Part shown: positions 54,723 through 63,154 of the stretch, piece by piece
Position numbering within the stretch: the stretch's first letter is position 1
How the letters are laid out: each line of letters starts with the position of its first letter
Source of the DNA: an uncultured SAR116 cluster alpha proteobacterium
GTDB taxonomy: Bacteria; Pseudomonadota; Alphaproteobacteria; Puniceispirillales; Puniceispirillaceae
DNA: 64,000 nt
NCBI GenBank assembly: GCA_902596655.1
Contig: CACJUX010000003.1
Location: forward strand, 11,649-75,648
Direction: 5' to 3'
Program-made: the position numbers and the translations under genes
The notes under the pieces: model-generated
Told to the model about the DNA's origin: nothing
Databases searched by the model: none
The model's input: the letters and a program-made list of their open reading frames with translations, nothing else

Positions 54723-55535
54723 ATGGTGATGACAACTTCGATCGTTGTAGCAAGTGGCAAGGGCGGTGTTGGCAAGACTAGCATCGCGGTCAATCTCGGG
54801 CTGACGCTCTCGCGCATTGGACGACGCGTGGCGCTGCTTGACGCTGATTTTGGGATGGCCAATGCCCATATCCTGCTCGGAGTGAACCCTGAGCATTACA
54901 TCATTGACGCAATGAAAGGTAAGGTCAGCATCGCCGAAGCGATGTGTGAGGCGCCGTTGGGGCTGAAATTCGTCTCTGGTGGTAGCGGCCTTCTTGAAAT
55001 GCTCAATCTTGATGAAAAGACCCGTTACCAGTCAATCCGGATGATGGATGAGCTCAGCTCGCAGACAGATTTGCTGGTGGCAGACGCGCCGGCTGGCGCT
55101 TCCGACAGCTCGATTGCCTTTGTGACCGCGGCTGACCGAGTGGTGGTTGTGCTAGTTGGCGAACCAACAAGCTTTCTTGATGCCTATGCGCTTATCAAGG
55201 CGGCTAATATTGAGAGTAAGGTTCGCAATTTCTGCGTCATCGTAAATATGGCACGCAATGACACTGAGGCCAAAAACCATTTCAATAAATTCAATGATAT
55301 CGTTTCACGTTTCCTTGATGTGCATCTGAACTATGTCGGCAATGTCCCCTATTCCCAGCGAATGAAGCAATCCGTGGTCAAACGTAAGCCTATAGGGCTT
55401 GGTGATCAGGAATGGGCAGAGAATCGCAAATTCAAGTCAATTTCGAAGGCAATCATGGACTCGCCGGCGAACGAACAGGCGGGAGTCCGGTTCTTTTCTA
55501 ACAGCGCCGTTCTGGCAGAATCGGAGCCTGCATAG
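54723..55535 (+). CDS. flhG: MinD/ParA-type ATPase FlhG (FleN), flagellar number regulator
   Basis: Deviant Walker A (ASGKGGVGKTS) and MinD-like core. Position is between flhF and fliA. Confidence 0.9.
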   Translation: MVMTTSIVVASGKGGVGKTSIAVNLGLTLSRIGRRVALLDADFGMANAHILLGVNPEHYIIDAMKGKVSIAEAMCEAPLGLKFVSGGSGLLEMLNLDEKTRYQSIRMMDELSSQTDLLVADAPAGASDSSIAFVTAADRVVVVLVGEPTSFLDAYALIKAANIESKVRNFCVIVNMARNDTEAKNHFNKFNDIVSRFLDVHLNYVGNVPYSQRMKQSVVKRKPIGLGDQEWAENRKFKSISKAIMDSPANEQAGVRFFSNSAVLAESEPA

Positions 55536-56257
55536 TGAGAAACCAGTATCTTGACCAGAAACCCGATGTCGAGGAGCTGATCACCAGCCATATGGAACTG
55601 GTGCGCCAGATTGCCTGGCATATGCATGGCCGCGTACACGCCTCAACCGAAATTGATGATCTGGTGCAGATAGGTTATTACGGACTGGTGCTAGCAGCTC
55701 AGAATTACACAGTGCAGGAAGGGGCAACTTTTGCCAGTTATGCCAGCCTGCGCATCCGCGGCAGCATCGTGGATCATCTGCGAAAAAACTCTAATCTGTG
55801 CCGCACCACAATTCAGATGCAGCAGCAAGCCAATCGTGCCGAGCGTGAGCTGCAGACACAGCTTGGCCGTTCTCCCTCCAAAGAGGAAATCGCCAAGAAA
55901 ATTGGCATTACCGAAGACGAGATGATGGGCTGGGAACAGGCATTTCAAGCAAACATCCATCAATCACTTGACAGCGTCTATGATGATTTTTCCATATGGT
56001 TTGTCTCGCCAGAGAATACGCCTGAGGAAAATATCAGTGACAGCCAGTTGCGCGATGTGCTCAAAAGAGCCCTCAAGACACTGCCACAACGCGAAGCGTT
56101 GGTTATCCAGCTCTATTATGTCGAGGAGCTAAACGTTTATGAAATTGCCGAAGTGCTGGAAGTCACAACCGGGCGCGTCTCGCAGATCAAGAAGGCGGCC
56201 ATTGGGAAGTTGCGCAGTTTCATGCAGCAGGTTGATGGGGACGAGTTGACCGAATGA
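55535..56257 (+). CDS. fliA: Flagellar sigma factor FliA (sigma-28)
   Basis: 240 aa with sigma-70 region 2 (DDLVQIGYYGLVLAAQNY), region 3 and region 4 (LNVYEIAEVLEVTTGRVSQIKKAAIGKLR). The GTG start overlaps the flhG stop. Confidence 0.9.
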   Translation: MRNQYLDQKPDVEELITSHMELVRQIAWHMHGRVHASTEIDDLVQIGYYGLVLAAQNYTVQEGATFASYASLRIRGSIVDHLRKNSNLCRTTIQMQQQANRAERELQTQLGRSPSKEEIAKKIGITEDEMMGWEQAFQANIHQSLDSVYDDFSIWFVSPENTPEENISDSQLRDVLKRALKTLPQREALVIQLYYVEELNVYEIAEVLEVTTGRVSQIKKAAIGKLRSFMQQVDGDELTE

Positions 56258-56661
56258 CCGATAATTGGCAACAAACCAACGAAATCAGTATGGCGGTCCA
56301 GAGTGCGGAAATGCGTGTTCCAAGCCTTGTTGGCGGGCGACATCTCCTCCTATCTTGCCGCTTGGTGAATATCGCCCGCGGCAACTGCAGGCTGGAAGTA
56401 CACCCAACGCGTGATGATGAGGCAGGTGAGAATATACTGCATATTCCGGTAGACCGGCCTGTTATGCGGGGCGTTCTGCATGTTGCACCGGACTTGTTTG
56501 CCAAGATGAGCACAGATGTCATGCGTAGCGGCAGCCGCCCAGTCAATATCGTGGTGACGCTTGCCGATGTGCTGGCCGTCAACATTGCCGGCGATTTGCT
56601 TATTGATGAAGAAACCAGCATAAAGATTGCTGATGCCAGCTTTGTCTTTTCAATGAAATAA
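56254..56661 (+). CDS. Hypothetical protein translationally coupled to fliA
   Basis: 135-aa ORF whose ATG overlaps the fliA stop (ATGA at 56254-56257). No family recognised. Confidence 0.5.
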   Translation: MTDNWQQTNEISMAVQSAEMRVPSLVGGRHLLLSCRLVNIARGNCRLEVHPTRDDEAGENILHIPVDRPVMRGVLHVAPDLFAKMSTDVMRSGSRPVNIVVTLADVLAVNIAGDLLIDEETSIKIADASFVFSMK

Positions 56662-56675
56662 GGGTTGGGAATGGC

Positions 56676-57485
56676 TCAGCCAATTAGCCGTTTAGACATA
56701 TCCACCGCCGCTTGCAGCAGGCGTGATGACGCGGAATAAGCCTGTTGGGCCTGCATCATCTTCGTCAACTCATCTGTCATGTTGATGTTTGACATTTCTA
56801 AATTGCCGCTTTGAATGTCGCCAAAATTTTCAGACCCTGCTGTACCGAAAGTAGGCAGGCCTGATTTTTCAGTGGTGACGAACTGACCGCTACCGATCGA
56901 TTTTAAACCAGCAACATTGCTGAATCTGACCAGTGCAATCGTCCCAATTTCAACAATTTCCGAGGGAGCAGCACTCTTGTTGGCCACTTCAGTGCCATAA
57001 ACCGCTTCGATGACGCCACCTTGGGATATATTTACTGCCGTTAACAATTGTCTTTGGCCGTCGAGATTAAACCTTTGTATGGGAATGAAGATTGGCTGGC
57101 CCTCTGAATCGATCAAAGAGCGTCCATCCCATGCCACTACGCGTCCATCGTCCTCCAGCCGCATAGATCCATCTCGGGTAAAAACAACTGGATTTGCATC
57201 ATCTGGGTTGGTTGTCACAAACATACCAAGCCCAGATACAGCCAGATCAAGTTCATTTGCGGTAGGCTTAAGGGCACCCTGCGAATGCTGGCGACGTGGA
57301 CCATCTGTGCGCGCGCCCTGTCCAAGGTCAATCCCAGGAAGTGAACCCAAGCCCACACCATAGGTATCATAAAAATCTGCACGGCTTTTCTTGAAGCCGT
57401 TCGAGCCCGCATTTGCGATATTATGCGATACGACAGATAGATTGTGGGATGCAGCCTCGAGGCCATTGCGGATCGTTGGTATCAT
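56676..57485 (-). CDS. Additional flagellar rod/hook-family protein (FlgF/FlgG-like paralogue) outside the flgB-L operon
   Basis: ATG 57485 has a strong AAGGAAGGA SD. N-terminal VVSHNIANAGSNGFKKSRADF and C-terminal NLEMSNINMTDELTKMMQAQQAYSASSRLL family motifs. ~270 aa. Confidence 0.8.
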   Translation of the reverse strand: MIPTIRNGLEAASHNLSVVSHNIANAGSNGFKKSRADFYDTYGVGLGSLPGIDLGQGARTDGPRRQHSQGALKPTANELDLAVSGLGMFVTTNPDDANPVVFTRDGSMRLEDDGRVVAWDGRSLIDSEGQPIFIPIQRFNLDGQRQLLTAVNISQGGVIEAVYGTEVANKSAAPSEIVEIGTIALVRFSNVAGLKSIGSGQFVTTEKSGLPTFGTAGSENFGDIQSGNLEMSNINMTDELTKMMQAQQAYSASSRLLQAAVDMSKRLIG

Positions 57486-57608
57486 GATGGTCCTTCCTTT
57501 ACTTAAACCGTTTCTTCCAATTTTCATGCCAAAACAGCCCAGACGCAGTAATTTTGATAAAAATTCGAAAATCCTTCATGGACCTGACGACGCAAACCGT
57601 CGCCAGAT

Positions 57609-57624
57609 TGGCAAAGCAGTTGCA
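57609..57624 (+). promoter_or_regulatory. Sigma-54 promoter match upstream of the orf128 / MotX-like gene pair
   Basis: TGGCAA-AGCAG-TTGCA with canonical spacing, ~70 nt upstream of ATG 57696. Confidence 0.6.
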
Positions 57625-57695
57625 AAATCTGCAAAATAAGGCATTCTATTGCTACTAATTTAAAGTTCTATAATTCACTGCAAATAGGGCATGCA

Positions 57696-58082
57696 ATGAG
57701 TAGCAATCCGCCTAATGCGCTTGTTCCAGCTAACAAGAACTCTCCACCGATGGTGCGCGAAGAGTCAGCGCCTGGTGGTTTTCGTCTGGCTGCAGAGGAT
57801 GTTAGATTTGCCAGCCGAGAAGAAGTGAAAAACCGGTTGCCAGATATTCTTGGCAAAGCGCTTGCGCTGATATGGATTGATCGCGAGTTTCATAACACCT
57901 TTGCCCGCGATCCACAGGGAACGCTGGAGTCTCAGGGCATTTTCCTGCCTGACAACATGATGATCGAATTTCAGAAACCTAATAGCGATAGGCCGCGTAT
58001 CGTTGTCTATGAAACTCGGCCGAATTCCAAATTCAAGCTGCGTGTTTTCTATCTTCAGCTTGTGATGATGGCCGGCCGGTAA
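57696..58082 (+). CDS. Hypothetical protein with a nitrile-hydratase-alpha/NHLP-leader-like segment
   Basis: 128 aa. The segment SREEVKNRLPDILGKALALIWIDREFHNTFARDPQGTLESQGIFLPDNMMIEFQ follows the W-D-x-x-F ... DP ... G-h-x-h-P pattern of NHLP-type domains. Its stop abuts the next ATG (58084). Confidence 0.5.
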   Translation: MSSNPPNALVPANKNSPPMVREESAPGGFRLAAEDVRFASREEVKNRLPDILGKALALIWIDREFHNTFARDPQGTLESQGIFLPDNMMIEFQKPNSDRPRIVVYETRPNSKFKLRVFYLQLVMMAGR

Positions 58083-58083
58083 C

Positions 58084-58713
58084 ATGTGCGGAACGAGGAT
58101 GCACGCCATCCTGATTGTGGCAGTAGCGCTATTTTTTTCACTGCTCACCGGCACACCGGTCAACGCACAAACCAATGATAGCGATGCGATCTTTATTGAA
58201 GCAGTAACTGCGGTAAAAAATAAGAATTATGGACATGCGGTAAAGCTGTTTTCTAGCCAGGCCAAAGACAACCAGCATGATGCACAATATAATCTAGCCG
58301 TGCTTTTAAAAGCTGGTAAAGGTGCACCGCAGGATTTTCTAAAAGCCCTTACCTGGGCATGGGCAGCACATCTTGGCGGAATCGAGGCAGCCGCGGATCT
58401 TTCGGAAGAACTACTTGATCTCATTCCCGAAAAATCTATCGAAGCAGCAAGAGCGGCCGTTGCCGAGCGTTTGCGTGCGCGAATCGATGACGGTGAAAAG
58501 CCAGCCGTGATGCAATTTGCCCGCTTCCATGCCGAGCTCAATGAAGAGGCTGACTACGAACGGGCCTACATCTGGTACTCGATTGCCGCAGCCATTGGGC
58601 TTGATGGAGCATTCAAAGCTCGTGACGATACACGGGGTGATATCGACGAGGAAAAAATTGTGGAGCTTCAGGTCGAAGCTGGCACGATTTTTGAAACTCT
58701 TACATTTAACTAG
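58084..58713 (+). CDS. Secreted Sel1-repeat protein, MotX-like (candidate T-ring component of a sodium-driven motor)
   Basis: 209 aa with a signal peptide (ILIVAVALFFSLLTGTPVNA). Sel1-like repeats are present (AQYNLAVLLKAGKGAPQDFLKALTWAWAAHLGG; YERAYIWYSIAAAIG). Size, architecture and flagellar context match Vibrio MotX. Confidence 0.5.
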   Translation: MCGTRMHAILIVAVALFFSLLTGTPVNAQTNDSDAIFIEAVTAVKNKNYGHAVKLFSSQAKDNQHDAQYNLAVLLKAGKGAPQDFLKALTWAWAAHLGGIEAAADLSEELLDLIPEKSIEAARAAVAERLRARIDDGEKPAVMQFARFHAELNEEADYERAYIWYSIAAAIGLDGAFKARDDTRGDIDEEKIVELQVEAGTIFETLTFN

Positions 58714-58764
58714 TGACGGGAAGAGCGCCCTCACTTAAACGCGCCTGATGGCTTGGAGAAAAAA

Positions 58765-58971
58765 ATGCAGGTGAAAGTTCATTGGATTATTGACGGCGTT
58801 GCCGAAATGGATGCTGAGACCATTGAAAATGCTGAGAAAAATGTTGAGACAATTTTGGGCAAGCTGGTTTCGGACAATCCGCAGCTAGTGGAAACACTTG
58901 GTGCACGAGCGATTCAAGGCAAGGCCTATTTGCCTGGCTCAGAAGAAGATAAAGATATCGAAAACAGCTAG
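58765..58971 (+). CDS. Small acidic hypothetical protein
   Basis: 68 aa from ATG 58765, with a GGAG SD 7 nt upstream. No family recognised. Confidence 0.35.
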   Translation: MQVKVHWIIDGVAEMDAETIENAEKNVETILGKLVSDNPQLVETLGARAIQGKAYLPGSEEDKDIENS

Positions 58972-59256
58972 AGAATCAGCGAAAATCACACTGATACTGT
59001 TTGTCTCGAACCTTATTGCTGGCAGCGTTTTTGCCGCTGCACAAACCTATGTTCCCAAAATTGCGTTAGACAAAAAGGATCTGGAGGCCTTTCGCCTGAG
59101 AAAGGGTAGGCCATCGGACAAAATCGCTGAATGCCGCTATTTGCGCTAAGCCAGAGCAAGGACGTGTTCATGACCCTCGAAGTGCCGAGCACCGACTGCA
59201 TGCGCGAATTCCAATGCGAACGTGAGAAGAAGTAGCCACTTGCAAGGAGGCAACGC

Positions 59257-59982
59257 CTACCGGGTACGGCAGTCAATACCGTTGAAATCTCCAAGACTGT
59301 CGAGGTCATCGACATATTCAAAGCCCGCTTCGGCAAGGCGTGGGCGCATATCATAAAGATCAAGTCCAAGCTCGCCATTTGCGAGTTTGCGGCGTTTGCC
59401 CTCTTCGTCATCAATCCGCTGCTGCGCTGCCGCCATCACCTGACCTGCCTGTTTGCGCGCAACAATTGTCACCCCATCATCATCGGCGCAGACCACATCA
59501 CCAGGAAAAACAAGCTGCCCGGCACAGACCACCGGCACATTTACCGCGCCAAGCGTATTCTTTACCGTGCCCTTTGACGAGATGGCGCGGGACCAGACAG
59601 GGAATGCCATCTGTTGAAGATGAGCAATATCACGAACGCCTGCGTCAATCACCAAACCCTTCACACCCCGTGCCTGTGCCGAGGTAGCGAGCAGATCACC
59701 AAAGAACCCGTCGGTATTATCCGTAGTCAGCGCAACAACAAGAATATCCCCCGGCTGACATAGTTCAATCGCCACATGTACCATCCAGTTGTCGCCGGGC
59801 TGTGCCAGAATGGTCACCGCCGTGCCCCCAATCTGGGTACCAGGATAAATTGGGCGCATATAAGGTTTCATGAGCCCAATGCGCCCCTGCGCCTCATGCA
59901 CGCTCGAGGCGCCAACCTCACCAAGCTGCGCCGCCAGAGTGGCCGAAGCCCGCTCAATATGTCTTACGGCTACTGTTTTCAT
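59257..59982 (-). CDS. RraA-family protein / 4-hydroxy-4-methyl-2-oxoglutarate-type aldolase
   Basis: From ATG 59982 (MKTVAV..). RraA/HMG-aldolase signature segments are present ([61 protein letters not shown]). Confidence 0.8.
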   Translation of the reverse strand: MKTVAVRHIERASATLAAQLGEVGASSVHEAQGRIGLMKPYMRPIYPGTQIGGTAVTILAQPGDNWMVHVAIELCQPGDILVVALTTDNTDGFFGDLLATSAQARGVKGLVIDAGVRDIAHLQQMAFPVWSRAISSKGTVKNTLGAVNVPVVCAGQLVFPGDVVCADDDGVTIVARKQAGQVMAAAQQRIDDEEGKRRKLANGELGLDLYDMRPRLAEAGFEYVDDLDSLGDFNGIDCRTR

Positions 59983-60096
59983 GCCGCTCTCCTCAAGAAA
60001 TGAAGCCTGCGCCAAGCCTAAATGATCAGCAAACAGGGGCAAGTGAGAAATTTAATGTGCTTAGATTACCAAAACCACGAAAGGCCACGCCTGGCA

Positions 60097-60795
60097 TCAG
60101 TCGAAACGGCTTAGGATCTGATCCAGCGGTTTTTTCACCTTTGCCACAGCCGGAATACGAGCGTCTGCCGCCGGGTGGCCAACGGCAAGGATCATCAGCG
60201 GTTTGTTGGATTTTGGTCGGCTGCAGATATCGGTGAGAAAGTGCATTGGACACGGCGTGTGTGTTAGACAGGTAAGGCCGGCCAGATGCAGTGCCGAGAT
60301 CAGAAAGCCAGATGCGATACCAACACTTTCCGGCACATAGTAGTTCTTGTAACGGGTGCCGTCATCGAATTGTCCATAGCGCTCGGCAAAAATGACGATC
60401 AGCCAAGGGGCGTCAACCAGATGCGGCTTGTCAGGGCCGGTGCCAATTGGTTCAAGCGCCCTGATCCATTCGTCCGCACTTTCACGGCTGTAGAATTTGC
60501 GTTCCTCTGCTTCTGCAGCCTTGCGAATATCAGCCTTCATCTGCAGGTTGCCAATCAACGCAAAATGCCAAGGCTGATGGTTCGCTCCGCTCGGGGCCAG
60601 ACCGGCCGTCTGGATGCAATCCTCAATGATGCTGCGCGGCACAGGCCGGGGATCAAAATCACGCACGGAGTGGCGTTGCCGCATAACAGCCAGATGCGCA
60701 CTGGCAGCAGCGATCATTTCGGTGTCACTACGCTGCATGCGGTCAGGAAGTGGTTTGGGGTCGTAGGACAGGGTCTCACGGGCAAACATCATCAC
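60097..60795 (-). CDS. Nitroreductase-family flavoprotein (iodotyrosine-deiodinase-like subgroup)
   Basis: The segment MRQRHSVRDFDPRPVPRSIIEDCIQTAGLAPSGANHQPWHF is a typical nitroreductase N-terminal motif. Confidence 0.8.
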   Translation of the reverse strand: MMMFARETLSYDPKPLPDRMQRSDTEMIAAASAHLAVMRQRHSVRDFDPRPVPRSIIEDCIQTAGLAPSGANHQPWHFALIGNLQMKADIRKAAEAEERKFYSRESADEWIRALEPIGTGPDKPHLVDAPWLIVIFAERYGQFDDGTRYKNYYVPESVGIASGFLISALHLAGLTCLTHTPCPMHFLTDICSRPKSNKPLMILAVGHPAADARIPAVAKVKKPLDQILSRFD

Positions 60796-60935
60796 TCCTT
60801 TTTCTTTTTAATTTGTGCCTACTGGACATTCTGACGCGCTTTTGTCACCGCATCAACTCTGCTACTTTTGCGCTCAATGTTCGAAAGCCGTATAAAGCCG
60901 TCTACCTTTATCCTGAAACAGAAGAGTTCTTAACA

Positions 60936-62093
60936 ATGTTCAACCCTGCGATTGCCACCCTGACCGCTCCCCCCGTCTCTGTCGTTCAGGATTGGCGTGC
61001 CTCTTACAATGGCGACAGAGGAGTGTTGATCGACATGAGTCAGGCTGTTCCAGGCTATGCGGCACATCCCGATATGCTGGCAGCGCTGGCCGAGGCGGCA
61101 GCAACGCCTGACGCGTCACGCTATGGCCGCGTTGAGGGCGATAACGGGCTGCGCACCGCCTATGCAGCACATTTGAATGAGATTTATGACAGCGCAGTCG
61201 AGATGAGCGAAATCCATATTACTGCTGGCTGCAATCAAGCATTTGTCGCCGCAGCGCTGGCGGTGGCTGGCCGCGGTGATGAAATCCTTATGACACGCCC
61301 CTGCTATTTCAACCATGAATCTGCGCTTGGTATGCTAGGGATCAATATTTCCCATGTCGATTGTCATATGGAAAACGGAATGCGTCCGCTGGTAGCAGAT
61401 ATTGATGCTGCCATCGGTCCCAAGACACGGGCGCTAGCCATCGTCTCACCAAACAATCCCTGTGGAACAATTTATCCAGCCGATTTACTCGATGGGATTT
61501 TTAATCTGTGCTGTCAGCGGGGCATCTGGCTCATTCTGGACGAAACCTATCGTGACTTTCTGCCTTTGGATATGAGCCAGCCACATCGGCTGCTGGGCCA
61601 TGATGGATGGCAGGATACGCTTATCCAGCTCTATAGTTTTTCAAAATCCTACTGTATGCCCGGCCACCGGCTTGGCGCGGTAACCGGCGGGATGGCTTTG
61701 ATTGCTGAAATGGCCAAAATCATTGACAATATTCAGATCTGCGCGCCGCGCGCAGCGCAAATCGCAGTCAGGCCAATGCTGCTTCAGCTTGCTGGCTGGC
61801 GGCAGGAAAACCGGGAGCGGATTGCCGCACGCTCAGATTTGTTTTCGGAAATCATTGCCAGCACAGACGGGTGGACTCTATTGAGCACAGGAGCCTATTT
61901 CGGCTATGTGAAACATCCCTTCTGCGGCACAGCTTCAATCGAGGTTGCGCAGGAAATGGCCCGCAAAATTGGTGTGCTGACCATCCCAGGGACATTCTTT
62001 GGCGATGGGCAGGAGGAATATCTCAGGTTCGCCTTCGCCAATGCGAGCCGGAATGTCATTGCCAAACTTTCTAAACGCCTATCTTATCTGTAA
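60936..62093 (+). CDS. Class I/II PLP-dependent aminotransferase
   Basis: From ATG 60936 (MFNPAIATL..). Fold-type I motifs are present (SPNNPCGT, LILDETYRDF) and a PLP-Lys segment (YSFSKSYCMPGHRLG). The longer 60750 start overlaps the divergent nitroreductase gene. Confidence 0.85.
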   Translation: MFNPAIATLTAPPVSVVQDWRASYNGDRGVLIDMSQAVPGYAAHPDMLAALAEAAATPDASRYGRVEGDNGLRTAYAAHLNEIYDSAVEMSEIHITAGCNQAFVAAALAVAGRGDEILMTRPCYFNHESALGMLGINISHVDCHMENGMRPLVADIDAAIGPKTRALAIVSPNNPCGTIYPADLLDGIFNLCCQRGIWLILDETYRDFLPLDMSQPHRLLGHDGWQDTLIQLYSFSKSYCMPGHRLGAVTGGMALIAEMAKIIDNIQICAPRAAQIAVRPMLLQLAGWRQENRERIAARSDLFSEIIASTDGWTLLSTGAYFGYVKHPFCGTASIEVAQEMARKIGVLTIPGTFFGDGQEEYLRFAFANASRNVIAKLSKRLSYL

Positions 62094-62142
62094 TCAATTG
62101 AATTTTTTGAACAAACAGGAATGTTGTTTTATCCAAAGGCCG

Positions 62143-63132
62143 CTATCTATCATAGAGCCCAAGCCTTTCCGCTTGCAACTTGAGCAACGCAGTGACATTT
62201 CGAAGTGCGGGTGTGTCGATGCCTAATTTGTTAGCTACTTCAATGACCGCTGTCATCAAGGGATCGATCTCTAACGGTCTACCAGCTTCAATATCCTGAC
62301 GGGTTGATGGCTTGTGGCCGATGATATTGGCGGCTCCCTCTATACGTTTTTCTATAGAGACATTGAATCTAGCTCCTAAAGCCTCACCCACTTGCTGAAC
62401 TTCTCTCATGATAGTCTCAATTAAGCGACGGGTTCCGGGGTCTCCACCAATTTCGTCTAAGGTAGCACCCGTGAGGGCCGATACGGGATTAAATGAACAA
62501 TTGCCCCAGAGTTTTATCCAAATTTCATCACGTAATTTAGCTTTTTGTGGAGCTTTGAGCCCGCCAGAAATCAACAGTGATGACAACTCTTTCAAGCGGT
62601 CCGAAGCCTCCATTGAGGGCTCACCTAATGTGAAGCGGTCTCCGCTTAAATGTTTGATCACTCCAGGTTCAACAATCTCACACGCCGGGTAAACAACGCA
62701 ACCTATCGCTTTTTCTGGGCCTATTTCATGCCAAATTTTTCCATTTGGATCCACTGCGTCAATCGGCAAATCATCAAGCGAAGTTCCAGTATTAGCTTTG
62801 TAGAAATACCACCAAGGTAAACCATTTACCGCGGAAACAACAGTTGTGTTAGGGCCAATTAAAGGTTTCAGTTCGTTTATTATTCTAGTAATCCCGTGAG
62901 CTTTTACTGCAATTATGATATAGTCCTGGACACAAAAATCACCTGCTTTTTCACTGGCCGCAAGATTAAAAGTCGATCTACACCCATCTCTTATTATTGA
63001 CAAACCATCATTTAAAATCGCCTCCAAATGAGGTCCGCGAGCGACTAAACTAACGTTCGCACCAGCCTCGTAAAGAGACCCGGCAAGAAAACCACCTATG
63101 GCACCAGCACCGAAAACACAGACTTTTGTCAT
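62143..63132 (-). CDS. 2-dehydropantoate 2-reductase (ketopantoate reductase, PanE/ApbA family)
   Basis: N-terminal Rossmann motif (KVCVFGAGAIGGFLAGSL) and a C-terminal ApbA-type helical domain (KLWGNCSFNPVSALTG). Confidence 0.8.
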   Translation of the reverse strand: MTKVCVFGAGAIGGFLAGSLYEAGANVSLVARGPHLEAILNDGLSIIRDGCRSTFNLAASEKAGDFCVQDYIIIAVKAHGITRIINELKPLIGPNTTVVSAVNGLPWWYFYKANTGTSLDDLPIDAVDPNGKIWHEIGPEKAIGCVVYPACEIVEPGVIKHLSGDRFTLGEPSMEASDRLKELSSLLISGGLKAPQKAKLRDEIWIKLWGNCSFNPVSALTGATLDEIGGDPGTRRLIETIMREVQQVGEALGARFNVSIEKRIEGAANIIGHKPSTRQDIEAGRPLEIDPLMTAVIEVANKLGIDTPALRNVTALLKLQAERLGLYDR

Positions 63133-63154
63133 TTTATTTCCATTCTAACTTCAC

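Noticed and set aside
57516-57531. Sigma-54-like sequence TGGCAT-GAAAA-TTGGA upstream of the orphan rod paralogue
   Set aside because: The geometry relative to ATG 57485 is good and the -24 is perfect. However, the nearly invariant -12 GC dinucleotide is GG, so I did not list it as a feature. It is mentioned only in the finding on that gene.
57661-57687. Sigma-28-like sequence TAAAGTTC-N11-GCAAATAG upstream of orf128
   Set aside because: The -35 half is good. However, the -10 ends only ~8 nt before the ATG, so the transcript would lack the ribosome-binding site. The sigma-54 match further upstream is the better promoter.
57696-58082. The idea that orf128 is a RiPP precursor (NHLP leader) marking a natural-product cluster
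   Set aside because: It has no Gly-Gly cleavage motif followed by a Cys/Ser/Thr-rich core. There is no cyclodehydratase, radical-SAM, LanM or C39-peptidase ABC exporter nearby, and the neighbours are flagellar genes.
59013-59414. 133-aa minus-strand ORF overlapping the 3' end of the RraA-like gene in another frame
   Set aside because: It overlaps a well-supported gene on the same strand and has an implausible composition with no start signals.
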